Part shown: one piece after another, positions 49,310-62,415 of the stretch | How positions within the stretch are numbered: the first letter of the stretch is position 1 | How the letters are laid out: each line of letters begins with the position of its first letter | Assembly (NCBI GenBank): GCA_002269645.1 | Contig: NIVC01001730.1 | Location: forward strand, 124,001-188,000 | DNA length: 64,000 bases | Reading direction: 5' to 3' | From: Macrostomum lignano | Taxonomy: Eukaryota | The notes under the pieces: generated by a model | What the model was told of the DNA's origin: nothing | What the model saw: the letters and a program-made list of their open reading frames with translations, nothing else | Database searches by the model: none | Made by a program: the position numbers and the translations under genes

Positions 49310-50480
49310 ATGGGAAATGCAGATGGCATGGATGGGAAATGCAGATTAAATGAATGGGAAATGCAGATGGCATGGATAGGAAATGCAGATGGCATGGATA
49401 GGAAATGCAGATGGCATGGATGGGAAATGCAGATTGGATGGATGGGAAATTCAGATTGGATGAATGGGAGATGCAGATGAAATGCATGGGAAATGCAGAT
49501 TGGATGAATGAATGGGAAATGCAGATGGAATGGATGGGAAATGCAGATGGCATGGATGGGAAATGCAGATGACATGGATGGGAAATGCAGATGGCATGGA
49601 TGGGAAATGCAGATTGGATGGATGGGAAATGCAGATTGGATGGATGGGAAATTCAGATTGGATGAATGGGAGATGCAGATGAAATGCATGGGAAATGCAG
49701 ATGACATGGATAGGAAATGCAGATTGGATGGATGGAAAATGCAGATTGGATGGATGGGAAATGCAGATTGGATGGATGGGAAATGCAGATTGGATGGATG
49801 GGAAATGCAGATTGAATGAATGGGAAATGCAGATTGAATGAATGGGAAATGCAGATGGCATGGATGGGAAATGCAGATTGGATGGATGGGAAATGCAGAT
49901 TGGATGGATGGGAAATGCAGATGGCATGGATGGGAAATGCAGATTGGATGGATGGGAAATGCAGATTGGATGGATGGGAAATGCAGATTGGATGGATGGG
50001 AAATGCAGATTGAATGAATGGGAAATGCAGATTGAATGAATGGGAAATGCAGATGGCATGGATGGGAAATGCAGATTGGATGGATGGGAAATGCAGATTG
50101 GATGGATGGGAAATGCAGATGGCATGGATGGGAAATGCAGATGGCATGGATGGGAAATGCAGATGGCATGGATGGGAAATGCAGATGGCATGGATGGGAA
50201 ATGCAGATGGCATGGATGGGAAATGCAGATTGAATGAATGGGAAATGCAGATGGCATGGATGGGAAATGCAGATTAGATGAACGGAAGATGCAGATGGCA
50301 TGGATGGGAAATGCAGATGGCATGGATGGGAAATGCAGATAGGATAGATGGGAAATGCAGATAGGATAGATGGGAATGGTGATGGGGTGGATGGGGAATG
50401 TAGATCGGGTGGATGGGGAATGGAGATCGGGTGGATGGGGAATGGAGATCGGGTGGATGGGGAATGGAGATGGAATGGAT
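49310..50480. repeat. 22-bp minisatellite (ADAM10 intron 2)
   Basis: Unit gatgggaaatgcagat(tggat/ggcat)g; source of many spurious ORFs. Confidence 0.96.
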
Positions 50481-50680
50481 AGGGAATGTATGTGGGGTAT
50501 GTACCGGTAGGTTGGTAAATAGGGAACGCAGGCAAGAGATACCAGAGATGGAATATAAATGAACCATGGATTTTGTTTGGGCAGACATCGGGTGCAGATT
50601 AGATGGCGGATAGATATAGAAGGAATACCCAGATGCGTTGCACACGAGACTGTCCAATTTCCACTATCTCCCTTGTGCAG

Positions 50681-51368
50681 CGATCAGGCGCCCGGCCGTC
50701 GCGCCTGGAAGTCCTTGAACACGGGCATCGTGACCCTGGTGAACTACGGCCGGCGCATCGCCGAGAAAGTCTCCTACCTGACGTTCGCTCACGAGATGGG
50801 TCACAATTTCGGTGCCAACCACGACGACGGCATGACGCCGTCCAGGGCGGAGTGCCAGCCGACGGCCGACCAGGGCAACTACATCATGTTCTCGTCGGCC
50901 ACCACGGGCGACCTACCGAATAACAAGCAGTTCAGCCAGTGCTCCAGGGAGTCCATCGGCACTCTGTTATATTACGTTGTCAACGCTCGCAATGGCAAGC
51001 AGAATTGTCTGCGTCCGAGCGACGACGCCAGCTTCTGCGGCAACAGCCTGCTAGAGCCCGGCGAGGACTGCGACTGCGGCTACGAGGACGAGTGCACGGA
51101 CACCTGCTGCGTGCCGAAAAGCGCCAAAGGCGTCAACGCCAACGCCTGCAGAGTAGCCGCCGGGAAAGCCTGCTCGCCGTCTGGCAATCCGTGCTGCACA
51201 GCGTCGTGCAACTATTCCGATAGCAGCATCCAGTGCCGGGCCGAGACCGACTGCACCTACGCTACAGCCTGCTCTGGCGGCAACCAGACCTGCCCGCCGC
51301 CTCTGAGCAAGCCGGATAATACCACCTGCAATGGCAATACTAAACTGTGCCGCAGTGGCGGCTGCGAG
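50681..51368 (+). CDS. ADAM10: ADAM10 exon 3 (zinc-binding site, Met-turn, disintegrin)
   Basis: gtgcag|C GAT. KSLNTGIVT, HEMGHNFGANHD, NYIM, CGN..LEPGEDCDCG; donor GAG|gtaaac. Confidence 0.96.
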
Positions 51369-51479
51369 GTAAACAGTTCATGCCGCTTGTGATGGCTTTT
51401 AATCGGAGTACCTGAGATGAGGCAACCACAGACTCCTCTTTATCTTTAATGACTCGAGATAGACTTAATATGGACAGTT

Positions 51480-51785
51480 CCAATGAGCATAGAATTACCT
51501 TATGACACATGGGGCCCAATGACCATAGAATTACCTAATGAATAGGCTCAATGACCATAGAATTACCTAATGAATAGGCTCAATGACCATAGAATTACCT
51601 AATGAATAGTCTCAATGACCATAGAATTACCTAATGAATAGGCTCAATGACCATAGAATTACCTAATGAATAGGCTCAATGACCATAGAATTACCTAATG
51701 AATAGTCTCAATGACCATAGAATTACCTAATGAATAGTCTCAATGACCATAGAATTACCTAATAAATAGGCTTAATGACCTAATG
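51480..51785. repeat. 32-bp array (ADAM10 intron 3)
   Basis: Unit aatgaccatagaattacctaatgaataggctc. Confidence 0.92.
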
Positions 51786-51938
51786 ATACACGACCTCAAT
51801 GACCCTAATTTGACCTAAATACAGAAGGTAACTGTGACTATTTATTAACCCAAGACAGGCGGTTCCAATTAATAAGAACTCAAAACTACTTGGAATATAC
51901 ATTTGCATCTTGCCAAATCGATTCTCCCCACGCCTCAG

Positions 51939-52798
51939 CTGAGCATCTGCTCCCTAATCGGCTGGGAGGAGTGCCTGCAGTCGTCAGAGGACACAGACGC
52001 TGACGCCTCATCAATGTGCTACCTGGGCTGCCGGCCTAACAACGCTACGCCGTGCGTGAGCAGCCGGGAGGTAGCCAGTCGGCAGGACCGAACTTCGCCT
52101 CTCTATTCAATTCTGCAGCGCGTCAACCAGACCTATCAAGGCTTGCAGCTGCAGGTCGGCTCGCCGTGCGACAATTACCGAGGCTATTGCAACGCCTATT
52201 ACGAGTGCCGCCGCGTGGATTCTAAAGGGCCGCTGGGCCGACTGCAGGACCTGCTATTCAGTCCGGAGACCCTGGAACTAGTGAAGAACTGGATAGTGGC
52301 GCATTGGTACTATGTCATACTAATCTGCGTCGGTATTGTTGTCGCAATGGGCGTGTTTATTAAAGCCTGCGCCGTGCACACGCCCAGCAGTAATCCGCAG
52401 CGGGCGGCGCATCGCAAGCTCACTTTGCCGCGCCGGCATCACCGACAGCATCAGCACGGCGGCGGCGGCGGCGACGCTGGCGGAGGCCGCAGCGGCGGAG
52501 GGGGCGGCGGCAGGAGCGGCCGAAGCGGCGGAGGCGGCGGCAGTCGGCAAAACCGCCAGTCCGGGATGCCGCCTGGCAGTGTCCCGCTCGGCTGCTACGC
52601 CTACGGAAACTCGGCCGCTGCCGCTCCCGCCGCTCCCGCCGCGGCCTCTTCGTCGTCTGCATCGGTAGGGGCGGCAGCTGCTGCGGCATCTTCGCCGACT
52701 TCGCCGGCAGGCCCTTCGTCTGGTCGGGCCGGTGCTGCCGCCTTGACCGGTGCACCGCCACCACCGCGCAGCGGGGAGCCGCCGCCGCCCTACTATAG
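51939..52798 (+). CDS. ADAM10: ADAM10 exon 4 (Cys-rich domain, TM, cytoplasmic tail)
   Basis: cctcag|CTG. GSPCDNYRGYC, GPLGRL, TM helix, CAVHTPSSNP; ends at the perfect donor AG|gtgagt. Confidence 0.93.
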
Positions 52799-52863
52799 GT
52801 GAGTGAAGTGGATGGCTGTGCTGTTTCTGATTTAGATTAGTTATATTAAATAGGATTAGTTAC

Positions 52864-53834
52864 TAGCTTACTTATTGTCTGTATTGCGCTGTAATTCGCT
52901 ATAGTGTTTAGTGTGCCTTTGTTCTAGTTTAGCTTAGTTTTCTGTTGCTAACTGTAGTTTAACTGTAGTTACCGGTAGTTTACTTTAGCGTACTGTAGTT
53001 GGATCCATTAGGAACTTAGGGGTTACTATTATTAAATTCAAACAACCAATGAAATTCATAGGGGAATATCCCAATTTTTAGAAAGTCTTAGCCATAGACT
53101 CGCTTTCAGATGAGCGATCCTTTCTATTCCTTCATCCATGATCTGACACCGAAAAGCTGCAATAGTCTATGGCCAAAACGTTAACAAGTGAACGAGACTT
53201 AACGGAAACAAACAAAAAGTATTATTGTCTATGGTCAAACTGCTAACGAACAGCAAAAGCTTTACACGCTATAGTAGAGGGAAATCCATAATAGGGTATT
53301 CCTAAATGGCTTCACTGGGTTCAGTTAACGCGACAATTCCTCTAAGTATGTTTCAAATAGGGCTTGTGAAGTCCCATGCATAGCGCGCAGCATAGCCTTG
53401 CTAAATTTAGGACTTTACTTTTAGTTATTTGTTATTTGTCAACTTGTTAAAGATCATTAATGTTTTGACTTGACCATAGACCTTTTTTCAAGTCGAAAAA
53501 TGTTCAAACGTTCTGGCCATAGACTATTGCAGCTTTCCGGTGTCAGATACATTATAACAAGTTTTGAAGCATAAGATTAGTGCTTAATCAGGCTTAATTC
53601 TTTTAAAAGTATTTATTTGTACTTAAAATAGTTCGTAGATTACTTTTCTGAAGTCAAAATAATTTAACGAACGAAACTTGACAATTGCCGCTTATTTATT
53701 AGCTTACTTATTGTCTGCATTGCGCTGTAATTCGCTGTAGTGTTTAGTGTGCCTTTGTTCTAGTTTAGCTTAGTTTTCTGTTGCTAACTGTAGTTTAACT
53801 GTAGTTATCTGTAGTTTACTTTAGCGTACTGTAG
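52864..53834. repeat. 135-bp direct repeats (52864-52998, 53700-53834) enclosing an inverted-repeat element
   Basis: Near-identical copies. Internal 41-bp inverted pair tctgacaccg.aaagctgcaatagtctatggcca.aacgtt at about 53143-53183 and 53506-53546. Confidence 0.85.
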
Positions 53835-53903
53835 AAACTCAAGACTGCTGTTGCCTGTCACTTGCCTAATGCTTCGCTACCCCCCCCCGCCCCCGCTCAC
53901 CAG

Positions 53904-54009
53904 AGAGGACGAGCTGATGACGCAGCCGCCGCCCGCTCACGGCAAAGGCAAGCGGCGAGGCCACCGGCAGGCCATGGAGAGCCAGGCGGCCAAGTACAGA
54001 CAGCCTTGA
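53904..54009 (+). CDS. ADAM10: ADAM10 exon 5 (candidate terminal exon)
   Basis: C-rich tract, then accag|A GAG in phase 2. GC-rich REDELMTQPPPAHGKGKRRGHRQAMESQAAKYRQP then stop. Total CDS 2946 nt. Confidence 0.72.
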
Positions 54010-54284
54010 TTGCAGCTTTAAACTCGCTGGCACACGCGATTGCTGTATAGCATAAATTAACAAACAAACAACTGTACTCGCCTACTCTGTTGTCTCTTCG
54101 CAACTCGTTTTGTTGGCTTTGTAAATTCTGCTCGCTGTTTTTTTAAGCTTTTTCTGCTTTAAATGCTCTTCTTTCGTCTAAATTTTCTTCTCTACCTCAT
54201 TATATCGCTTTCTCTTTCAAATTTGCCTTGGGAGCCTCATTCTGTTCCGCATTTCACCTCTCGTCTTATCATTCACAGTGAATT

Positions 54285-55218
54285 CAGTGGGCAGCTCCTG
54301 ACTCTCCACAGTCCCTCAGTGGGCAGCTCCTGACTCCCCGCAGTCCCTCAGTGGGCAGCTCCTGACTCCCCGCAGTCCCTCAGTGGGCAAATCCTGACTC
54401 TCCACAGTCCCTCAGTAGGCAGCTCCTGACTCCCCGCAGTCCCTCAGTGGGCAGCTCCTGACTCCCCGCAGTCCCTCAGTGGGCAGCTCCTGACTCCCCG
54501 CAGTCCCTCAGTGGGCAAATCCTGACTCTCCACAGTCCCTCAGTGGGCAGCTCCTGACTCCCCGCAGTCCCTCAGTGGGCAGCTCCTGACTCCCCGCAGT
54601 CCCTCAGTGGGCAGCTCCTGACTCCCCGCAGTCCCTCAGTGGGCAGCTCCTGACTCCCCGCAGTCCCTCAGTGGGCAGCTCCTGACTCCCCGCAGTCCCT
54701 CAGTGGGCAGCTCCTGACTCCCCGCAGTCCCTCAGTGGGCAGCTCCTGACTCCCCGCAGTCCCTCAGTGGGCAGCTCCTGACTCCCCGCAGTCCCTCAGT
54801 GGGCAGCTCCTGACTCCCCGCAGTCCCTCAGTGGGCAGCTCCTGACTCCCCGCAGTCCCTCAGTGGGCAGCTCCTGACTCCCCGCAGTCCCTCAGTGGGC
54901 AGCTCCTAACTCCCCGCAGTCCCTCAGTGGGCAGCTCCTGACTCCCCGCAGTCCCTCAGTGGGCAGCTCCTGACTCCCCGCAGTCCCTCAGTGGGCAGCT
55001 CCTGACTCCCCGCAGTCCCTCAGTGGGCAGCTCCTGACTCCCCGCAGTCCCTCAGTGGGCAGCTCCTGACTCCCCGCAGTCCCTCAGTGGGCAGCTCCTG
55101 ACTCCCCGCAGTCCCTCAGTGGGCAGCTCCTGACTCCCCGCAGTCCCTCAGTGGGCAGCTCCTGACTCCCCGCAGTCCCTCAGTGGGCAGCTCCTGACTC
55201 CCCGCAGTCTCTCAGTGT
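54285..55218. repeat. 32-bp minisatellite
   Basis: Unit cagtgggcagctcctgactccccgcagtccct. Confidence 0.97.
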
Positions 55219-56051
55219 GCTGACTCTAAAAGTGCTAATGTTGAAGCAAAGCTCGCAGTAATAGATATAAGCATATTGGTTCCACTGTTCTAATCAGGTA
55301 TTGGCTAGCCGATATTCAGAATAGAGTTAAGCGCTAAACAAAGCAAGTCTCCAGGGCTTAACCCACTGACTGACACTTGGGGCTGGAGTGGCGGGTGGGT
55401 ATTAAATCCAACTGGCTCCTCCCACTGGTCAATAGTTTTGTTTTAAATAAAAGGCTCCCAACTGCAACCCTGTCTCGGACTAACTACCCGTATGAAGTCT
55501 ATATGATTTATGCCATTGTTCTTAGCATTTTCTAGTTCCCGTTCTCTCCCGCTGCCTGAATGCCGGCAGCCCCCTCTCTTCTCTCGCTCTGTTAATCTAG
55601 GCTCTCTGTTTAGTATAACTGAATTCTTAAATTCCACTTTTTTATATTACAATTCATTGGGGTTCTCAAATTTCATCTGGGTCTCCAATATTGCAATGTT
55701 GTTATAAATATATTGCCGTTAATTTATGATTAAAATTTGTATGTAAATATGTATTCCATTTTTTACATTGGTGCTTATAGCATTGCCTGCTGTACACCTT
55801 TAGAGTTTGGACACCTGCTCCCTTCGCATGCCTGTTACATTAGATTAATTTATGTATTTTACTTGCTCCACTGACTACAGGTTTAGAGTAGATTCTGTGA
55901 TTTAGTTAATTAATGTACAAAAAATAAGTGTTGATGCTTCATCTGATTTCTCAACCTTTAGAAGGCGGACATTGGGAATGGAATGCTTGATCGATGAAAA
56001 CCTGTGCAATTTCCCAGTAATTCCCTTCAGTTGCCTTCCTTTTTCTATCTA

Positions 56052-56560
56052 AATGGCACTTCACACATCTGAAATGTCACTTCTCTGTGTCGAAATGGTA
56101 CTTCACACATCTGAAATGGCACTTCTCTGTCGAAATGGCACTTCACACATCTGAAATGGCACTTCTCTGTCGAAATGGCACTTCACACATCTGAAATGGC
56201 ACTTCTCTGTCGAAATGGCACTTCACACATCTGAAATGGCACTTCTCTGTCGAAATGGCACTTCACACATCTGAAATGGCACTTCTCTGTCGAAATGGCA
56301 CTTCACACATCTAAAATGGCACTTCTCTGTGTCGAAATGGCACTTCTCACATCTGAAATGGCATTTCTGTGTCGAAATGGCATTTCTGTGTCGAAATGGC
56401 ATTTCTGTGTCGAAATGGCACTTCTCTGTATCGAAATGGCACTTCTCTGTGTCGAAATGGCACTTCTCACATCTCTGGCACTTCTCTGCGTCGAAATGGC
56501 ACTTCTCACATCTCTGGCACTTCTCGCATCTCTGGCACTTCTCTGTGTCGAAGTGGCACT
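56052..56560. repeat. Composite GAAATGGCACTT-based array
   Basis: Alternating gaaatggcacttctctgtc and gaaatggcacttcacacatct sub-units. Confidence 0.9.
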
Positions 56561-59014
56561 CGAATTTTCATCATTGGCCCGCTCCGCAAGATTCCCACTG
56601 ACCCCTGCCCTACCCATGCCAAAAGTGATCATCGATCGGTTTAGAAGAGTTAAGAAACAAAATTTAAAATCAAACTATAATTTTAATTAATGGTTACGTG
56701 CATATCAGCGCCAAATCGATATTGATTGTCATGTCAGTGTCAGACTTACACTCGTACTGAGTTTCACTGCAGATTTTTCGCGTACAGACTCTTTGATTTT
56801 GCTTTGTTGTTGCGTTGTTTTTTTTGCTATCGTGATGTCCAATCTTAATATAATAATCTATCTTTTCGCACCTGCTTTTCTGCCTCTGTGTCTTGATCAA
56901 TAAACCTTCGAATTTAATTTCTCAAAAAGTGTTAAACGTTTACACAATTATTGAGTTTAGTTGAGCTCTTACTGGAATGAAATTTTTACAGCTCTATTGA
57001 AATTGAGTTGTATACGGGAACTTGTTCAAATGAACTCATCATTAAATGGATTCTGGAATTGTAACTTGCTGAACACATTAATTATTTTTTCTGATCAGCT
57101 TCTCTATCATAAGAAGCGCTGCTCCAACAGCACAGCGCTGTTGTGCGTTATTTTTTATTGTCCGCGATCGTCACGACTAATGCGTCTCACAGCTTACAAT
57201 CCCATTCTGTGCATGCCGCTTTTACACTGTCTTTGTACCTAATCAAGCAGTGTTATCTGGCTAATAACTTGTGTGTGCAAATAATCTCTTACCCTCCTTC
57301 ATTGATTCTGAACTTTTATACGGATTTATTAACTAGCTGTTTATTCACGATTAATAACTATGTACATCATAATAAGCAATTATGTTATCAATGATTTCCT
57401 GTGTCAGATAACTGTGAATTTAAATAGAACATGCAAAATAATGTGTGTGCAACAAATAATTTTCCATCGAGATGTGTTAACTGTTTCACTTTTGGTTATT
57501 TTATTGATTAGCAGGTGAAAGATGGAGGTAAAGCGAGGTGGGCATAACTTCCAGTAATTACGGTTCAATTACGATTCAAAGTTTTTAATAAAATACCTTA
57601 TTAAGGCTTACGATGACAAACTATAGGGCACACTTAATCTGAGAAGCAAACTTATCTTTTAGTCGTTTTAATTGGGACAATTGAGATAATTATAATTGAG
57701 ATAATTATAATTGAGATAATTGTCCATCCTGTCCATCCTGCGCTATAAGTTCTGAAAAGCCTCATAACTAAGATTAGACTACAGATAAAGATAAGGCCGC
57801 AATTACATTTATTGCACCTCTGAAGATAGATAAGTAAAAAAATGCTTGATTGAAGTAGCTAATCAGCCTCGATCAGGTCTTATGAACTTTGCTAGCAGAA
57901 AATCTGCTAGTGGCGATTGTGCTCATGCTCACCGAAATTAGGCATATTTTGCTTAATAACATATAGCTCAAATAGATCACCTGTAGATGAAAGGGTGAAA
58001 GTGCAACACTCTCGGTCCCCAGGCATGCACGAAACAAAAACTGGAACTCTAGCCTGGAAATTTGTGACTTCTTGGAAATCCGGATCCCCTTACAAACAGG
58101 TAGATCGAGCACAGGTAGAGCTCGTAGATTGGTGGAGGGGGTCATGAGACGAGACGACCATTTAAATTTTATTAATCTTAGTTTGTACATTTTTGAAGCA
58201 ATAGTGAGGTGGAAGGGAGGTGGGAAGTTGGGAACACGACATTAAAAGCTACGAGTAATATCTGTGGACGCTCTCGAGAAGTAATGCATAATTTTTTATG
58301 ATTGAGGAACTCCAGAAACTAATTTCTCTAGTTAAAGAGCAGCACTTTTATTCAAAATGAGACGGAGGCCGATTGTCTAAACTGAAAAGTTGGGCAGTAG
58401 CGCATAAGTGAAGCCAAGATTCAGTGATAAAGAAAGAATGTTTGCTTGCAAGTTGCAATTAGCAGTTTTTCCAAATCCAATCTGAAATTATTTTATTGAC
58501 CTGTGTCTGTCTATTTTCGTGTTAATTTGCAATTATTGTCTTGCCAAAGGCAAAGCTAGTAACAAACGCGTGATTTTAAGGAGCGGGCGTAAATAGACTG
58601 TTTAAACTTATAAGGAGTATTATATACTTTTATAATTAAAGTATATATATAATGGGCTCCCGAAGAAAGGACAGAACAGAACCACATAGGAAAATTCCTA
58701 TTGAGTCTTGGTAAAGTTTACGACACTTCTCGTTTGGGACTCGATCCGCGAAATAAAAAGGGGGCAGGGGGCCTATTTCGTCTCCCCTCACTCAAGTCAC
58801 CCACCCCCCGGCGCTCCGGGGGTCTAATCGATAAACTGGCCTCAACCCTAGCTTTTGGTTGGCTGTAGCCCACACCCACCCCCTCCCTAAACTGGTCTGC
58901 TCACTACATTGGCCTGTAAGAAATCAACTGGGACCCCGAGGGAGCCACTACTATTATAACCTTGCAGTTTTCAACCTACCTTTTCTCTTCAGTGTGTAAG
59001 GACATGATTCCATC

Positions 59015-59042
59015 ATGAAGAAAATTGCTATTGTTGTTCTTG
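59015..59042 (+). CDS. Ig-superfamily protein exon 1 (MKKIAIVVL, signal peptide start)
   Basis: ATG...CTT G|gtaagc in phase 1; joins exon 2 to give MKKIAIVVLASLLLLATAAA. Confidence 0.7.
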
Positions 59043-60472
59043 GTAAGCTTTAATTTTTTATTAATTCGCATTGTGCATGCGCATCAAACACCACTGTTAA
59101 TCACACTACAAGAAATTACAATTCTGACCACTAGTGTAGATAGTTATGGTCTCGAGACTTCAATCAAGCATTAAACAGCCCACACACACACTGCACACAC
59201 AAATTCAATACGATTACAACACACACACGATCTTGTGTTTCAATTTTCATGCGCTAAACTTTTCGTCTTTACTTTTTACCAATCCAATTGCCCTGTCCTG
59301 CAAGGCAAGCTCGATTAGCCTTCGGTCGGTTCAGTATTACAATAGTATTATTATTCTATTTGAATTCTAATATAATTATATACTTACTTAGTGTGTTTGC
59401 AAGAAACACAGTGTTCGTGTCAATTGACAATTGTGTATTCGAGACGCGGGAATTAAGACAAGATCACATTCACCTTGTCACACTTCAATTAGTCTTAGAT
59501 ATAAGAAGATCGATTAAACAAAAGTCCAAACCATTGACCGACTTGACTGCTCACGCACACAGCACACTAGAAGACTCAATGGCAGGCCCGATTGGCGAAT
59601 TTTTTAGTTTAAAAAAATGCTATCAAAATCACAATTTCAAGTCTTAGCAATTAAATAGTACATTTTTATAGAATATGCTTCGATTGCGGCTAATTGAATT
59701 CATGTAATATCCATCCATGTACATGCACGCAGAGATGTCTCGATTTTGATCCAGCTTTTGACATGATTGCGCCATCGCCATAATCAGTTTTTGATCAAAG
59801 TCGTGATATAACCGATTCCAAGTATACTTGATCTCAAAGAATCTGAGCATTCACTTTGCCGGTATTTGCCTGCCTGCGTCTAGCACGTAATCATCCAACA
59901 CTGAATTGCCAGGTGCTATCGTGTCGATCGATCTTGTTACCTATGTGGCTGAGCTTGTGAACACAAATTCCCCCTGATTGAGTATCGCTATTGTTGCGTA
60001 TTTTTTTACCCGAATACGGTTGGGTATGTATGGTGGGGGTTTAGCTTTAGTTGCATACCCCATCACCCTTCACACAGGTCGATATTAGATCCGCGGACCA
60101 TATAAAAGCATTAGGGAGGCCCCCTTTGAGCAAGAAAATCTTCGCTACGGCTCCTGGTCTTCGGGCCTCAATTTTATATTTTGCCTTAGTTACTCCAGCA
60201 ATCCGCCTCGATCAACTTTTCTGGCCTTATAAAGCAGCAGTATATCATGTACGAGTATTATTTCTGGGGTAAGAATAAACTTCATTCAACTTTCTTGTGT
60301 GCACAAGCACAACACGTTGTAGAATTTGCTTATTAGCTGGCGAAGCATTGCATATTATAAACAAATAGATAGTTACTCCTGCCGTTTACCTGTATATCAT
60401 GATTATTAGACTTTTTGAGTTTGTGTTGCATTTAACTTTCACAAACCCAAAACCCACCGCTTTCAACTGCAG

Positions 60473-60710
60473 CAAGCCTATTGCTGCTGGCAACAGCAGC
60501 AGCCAGGCAGCCACATCTGGAAGGATGCAGACTCAGAATTACCGAGAATTCATCTTTTGTTAATTATTCAACCAACGCCGCTATTGTTTGCAAAGTGAGG
60601 CGCTGCAGAGTCGGCAAGGAGGCCGTCCGCTGGTCAAAGGATGGAGCGCCGATCCAGTTCGGCTCGGATGGGTCTTCGATGGCGGTTGGCGAAGAAAACA
60701 GCTCGCATTT
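60473..60710 (+). CDS. Ig-superfamily protein exon 2 (Ig1 N-half)
   Basis: actgcag|CA. IVCKV..VRWSKDG; donor TT|gtaagt. Confidence 0.85.
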
Positions 60711-60734
60711 GTAAGTCTGTCACTTTCTGTGTCT

Positions 60735-61105
60735 GACTTTGGGATCTGAACTCGCCCCGGGATCTGGCCTTGGGATCTGAACTCGCCCCGGGATCTTACT
60801 TTGGGATCTGAACTCGCCCGGGATCTTACTTTGGGATCTGAACTCGCCCCAGGATCTGGCCTTGGGATCTGAACTCGCTTCGGGATCTGGCTTTGGGATC
60901 TGAACTCGCTTCGGGATCTGGCCTTGGGATCTGAACTCTCCCCGGGATCTGGCCTTGGGATCTGAACTCGCCCCGGGATCTGGCTTTGGGTTGGGATCTG
61001 AACTCGCCTCGGGATCTGGCTTTGGGTTGGGATCTGAACTCGCCTCGGGATCTGAATGGGATTTGACCTTGCCCTTGGAGATCTGAACTTTCCCCAGGAT
61101 CTGAA
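60735..61105. repeat. ~31-bp array (Ig gene intron 2)
   Basis: gggatctgaactcgccccgggatctggcctt. Confidence 0.9.
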
Positions 61106-61302
61106 TGAGGTCTTATCTTCATTTGCCTCGGCAGTTTAGAAACAGAACTTGCCTATTTTTTATTTATGAAGTATTACTTATTAAAGGCGCCTTTCGCAGG
61201 CAATGAAATTTAAGCCTAAAGCTTGCAAATTAGTTTCCCTGATCCGTATTACAAGCTATATTTGGAATTTTACCTGTGGACCCCCTGTCTCACCCTCCGC
61301 AG

Positions 61303-61905
61303 CTGGAGTCCATATCTCGGGCTGAAGCAGCAAACTCGCAGCAAGAAGAGCGAGCTCATCATGTCTCTAGTAACACCTGAGCTGGCCGGCACCTACACCT
61401 GCAGCCTGTGCCAGCCCGGCCAGCCCCTCCGAGCCTGTCCCGTCCAGGCCAGCACCACCATCGCAGTGGACAGCATGTATCCCGCCACGCGGCGGCTGCT
61501 ACCTGTCCATCCGCCTCTAATCAGGGAATTGTTGCGCCAGGCCAGCTCAGCTGAGATGAAGCAGAGCCCCGGCAGAGCCTACCTGTCTCGCAAAAGTGAT
61601 TTCTATAACCAGCTCGGCTCTCTGAACGCTCCATCGAGGCTAAACTTCAGGCTGCTGGTCCTGAGGCCGTCCTCTGCAGCCACGCCGGCGGCACCCCCGA
61701 GTGTCCGCTGGCTGCAGGAGTCCAACGGGAGGCGCCGTCTGCAGCCGCCAATCGAGCCGGTGGGCCCGAGTTCGATTCTACAGGTGCCCTGCCAGCCAGA
61801 TGATCTGGGAGTGTTCAGCATCCCCAGGGAGCTGCAGAACCGTCTGGAGTGCTACAAATCAAGTGTGCAGATTCAAGTCACCAGGGACACGATTGGGATC
61901 TACAG
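61303..61905 (+). CDS. Ig-superfamily protein exon 3
   Basis: ccgcag|C TGG. LAGTYTCSLC, LQVPCQ; donor AG|gtgagt. Confidence 0.85.
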
Positions 61906-62004
61906 GTGAGTCCATTGTCCAGCCTCTTTAACTAATTCCTTGCATCGATAAGAATTGTATTTAGCAGTTTTCAGTAATCAGGTTGGCCTTAGCTTTAATT
62001 GTGT

Positions 62005-62250
62005 CATATCCTGTCCTGACTGTCCCCTGGTCCCTTGTCCTCTGGTCCTTTATCCCTTGTCCCCTTGTCCATTGTCCCCTGGTCCCTTGTCCTTTGTCTC
62101 CAGGTCCCTTGTCCCCTTGTCCCTTGTCCCCTTGTCCCCTTGTCCCTTGTCCCCTGGTCCTTTGTCCCTTGTCCCCTGATCCCATGTTTCCTGGTGTCTT
62201 GTCACGTAGCCCCTTAGTAACCTGATCCCTTGTCCTCTGATCCTGTGCTG
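62005..62250. repeat. GTCCCTT-type low-complexity array (Ig gene intron 3)
   Basis: Repeated gtcccttgtcccct. Confidence 0.85.
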
Positions 62251-62415
62251 TGGTGTTCCCAGGTTCTTGTTCTCGGTCAACGCCTGCTTGTCTAGATTGT
62301 TAAATTGCTCCTATCTTCCAGTCACTTACTTTCGTCTAGACCAGGCGCGCAAATATCAACTACTATGAGCTGGGGTTTATAACTATGCTCTGCCCAAATC
62401 CTGCCTCGTCTTCAG

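Noticed and set aside
49252-50535. Many overlapping ORFs up to 427 aa
   Set aside because: All are translations of the 22-bp intronic minisatellite in ADAM10 intron 2.
52320-52764. GC-rich antisense ORFs over the ADAM10 tail (similar ones overlap ABCB6, the LINEs and the Ig exons)
   Set aside because: Shadow frames of GC-rich coding DNA.
56694-57200. Possible piggyBac-like Cys-rich C-terminus on the minus strand (RVC...ETQYECK)
   Set aside because: Too degenerate; I could not trace a DDD core or TTAA-flanked ends.
57873-58190. 105-aa minus-strand ORF, possibly a decayed LINE 3' end
   Set aside because: Only a vague zinc-knuckle-like remnant; insufficient to call.
62263-62275. Possible micro-exon in the Ig gene
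   Set aside because: The direct 61905-62416 junction already restores the GIYSC Ig motif in the correct phase.
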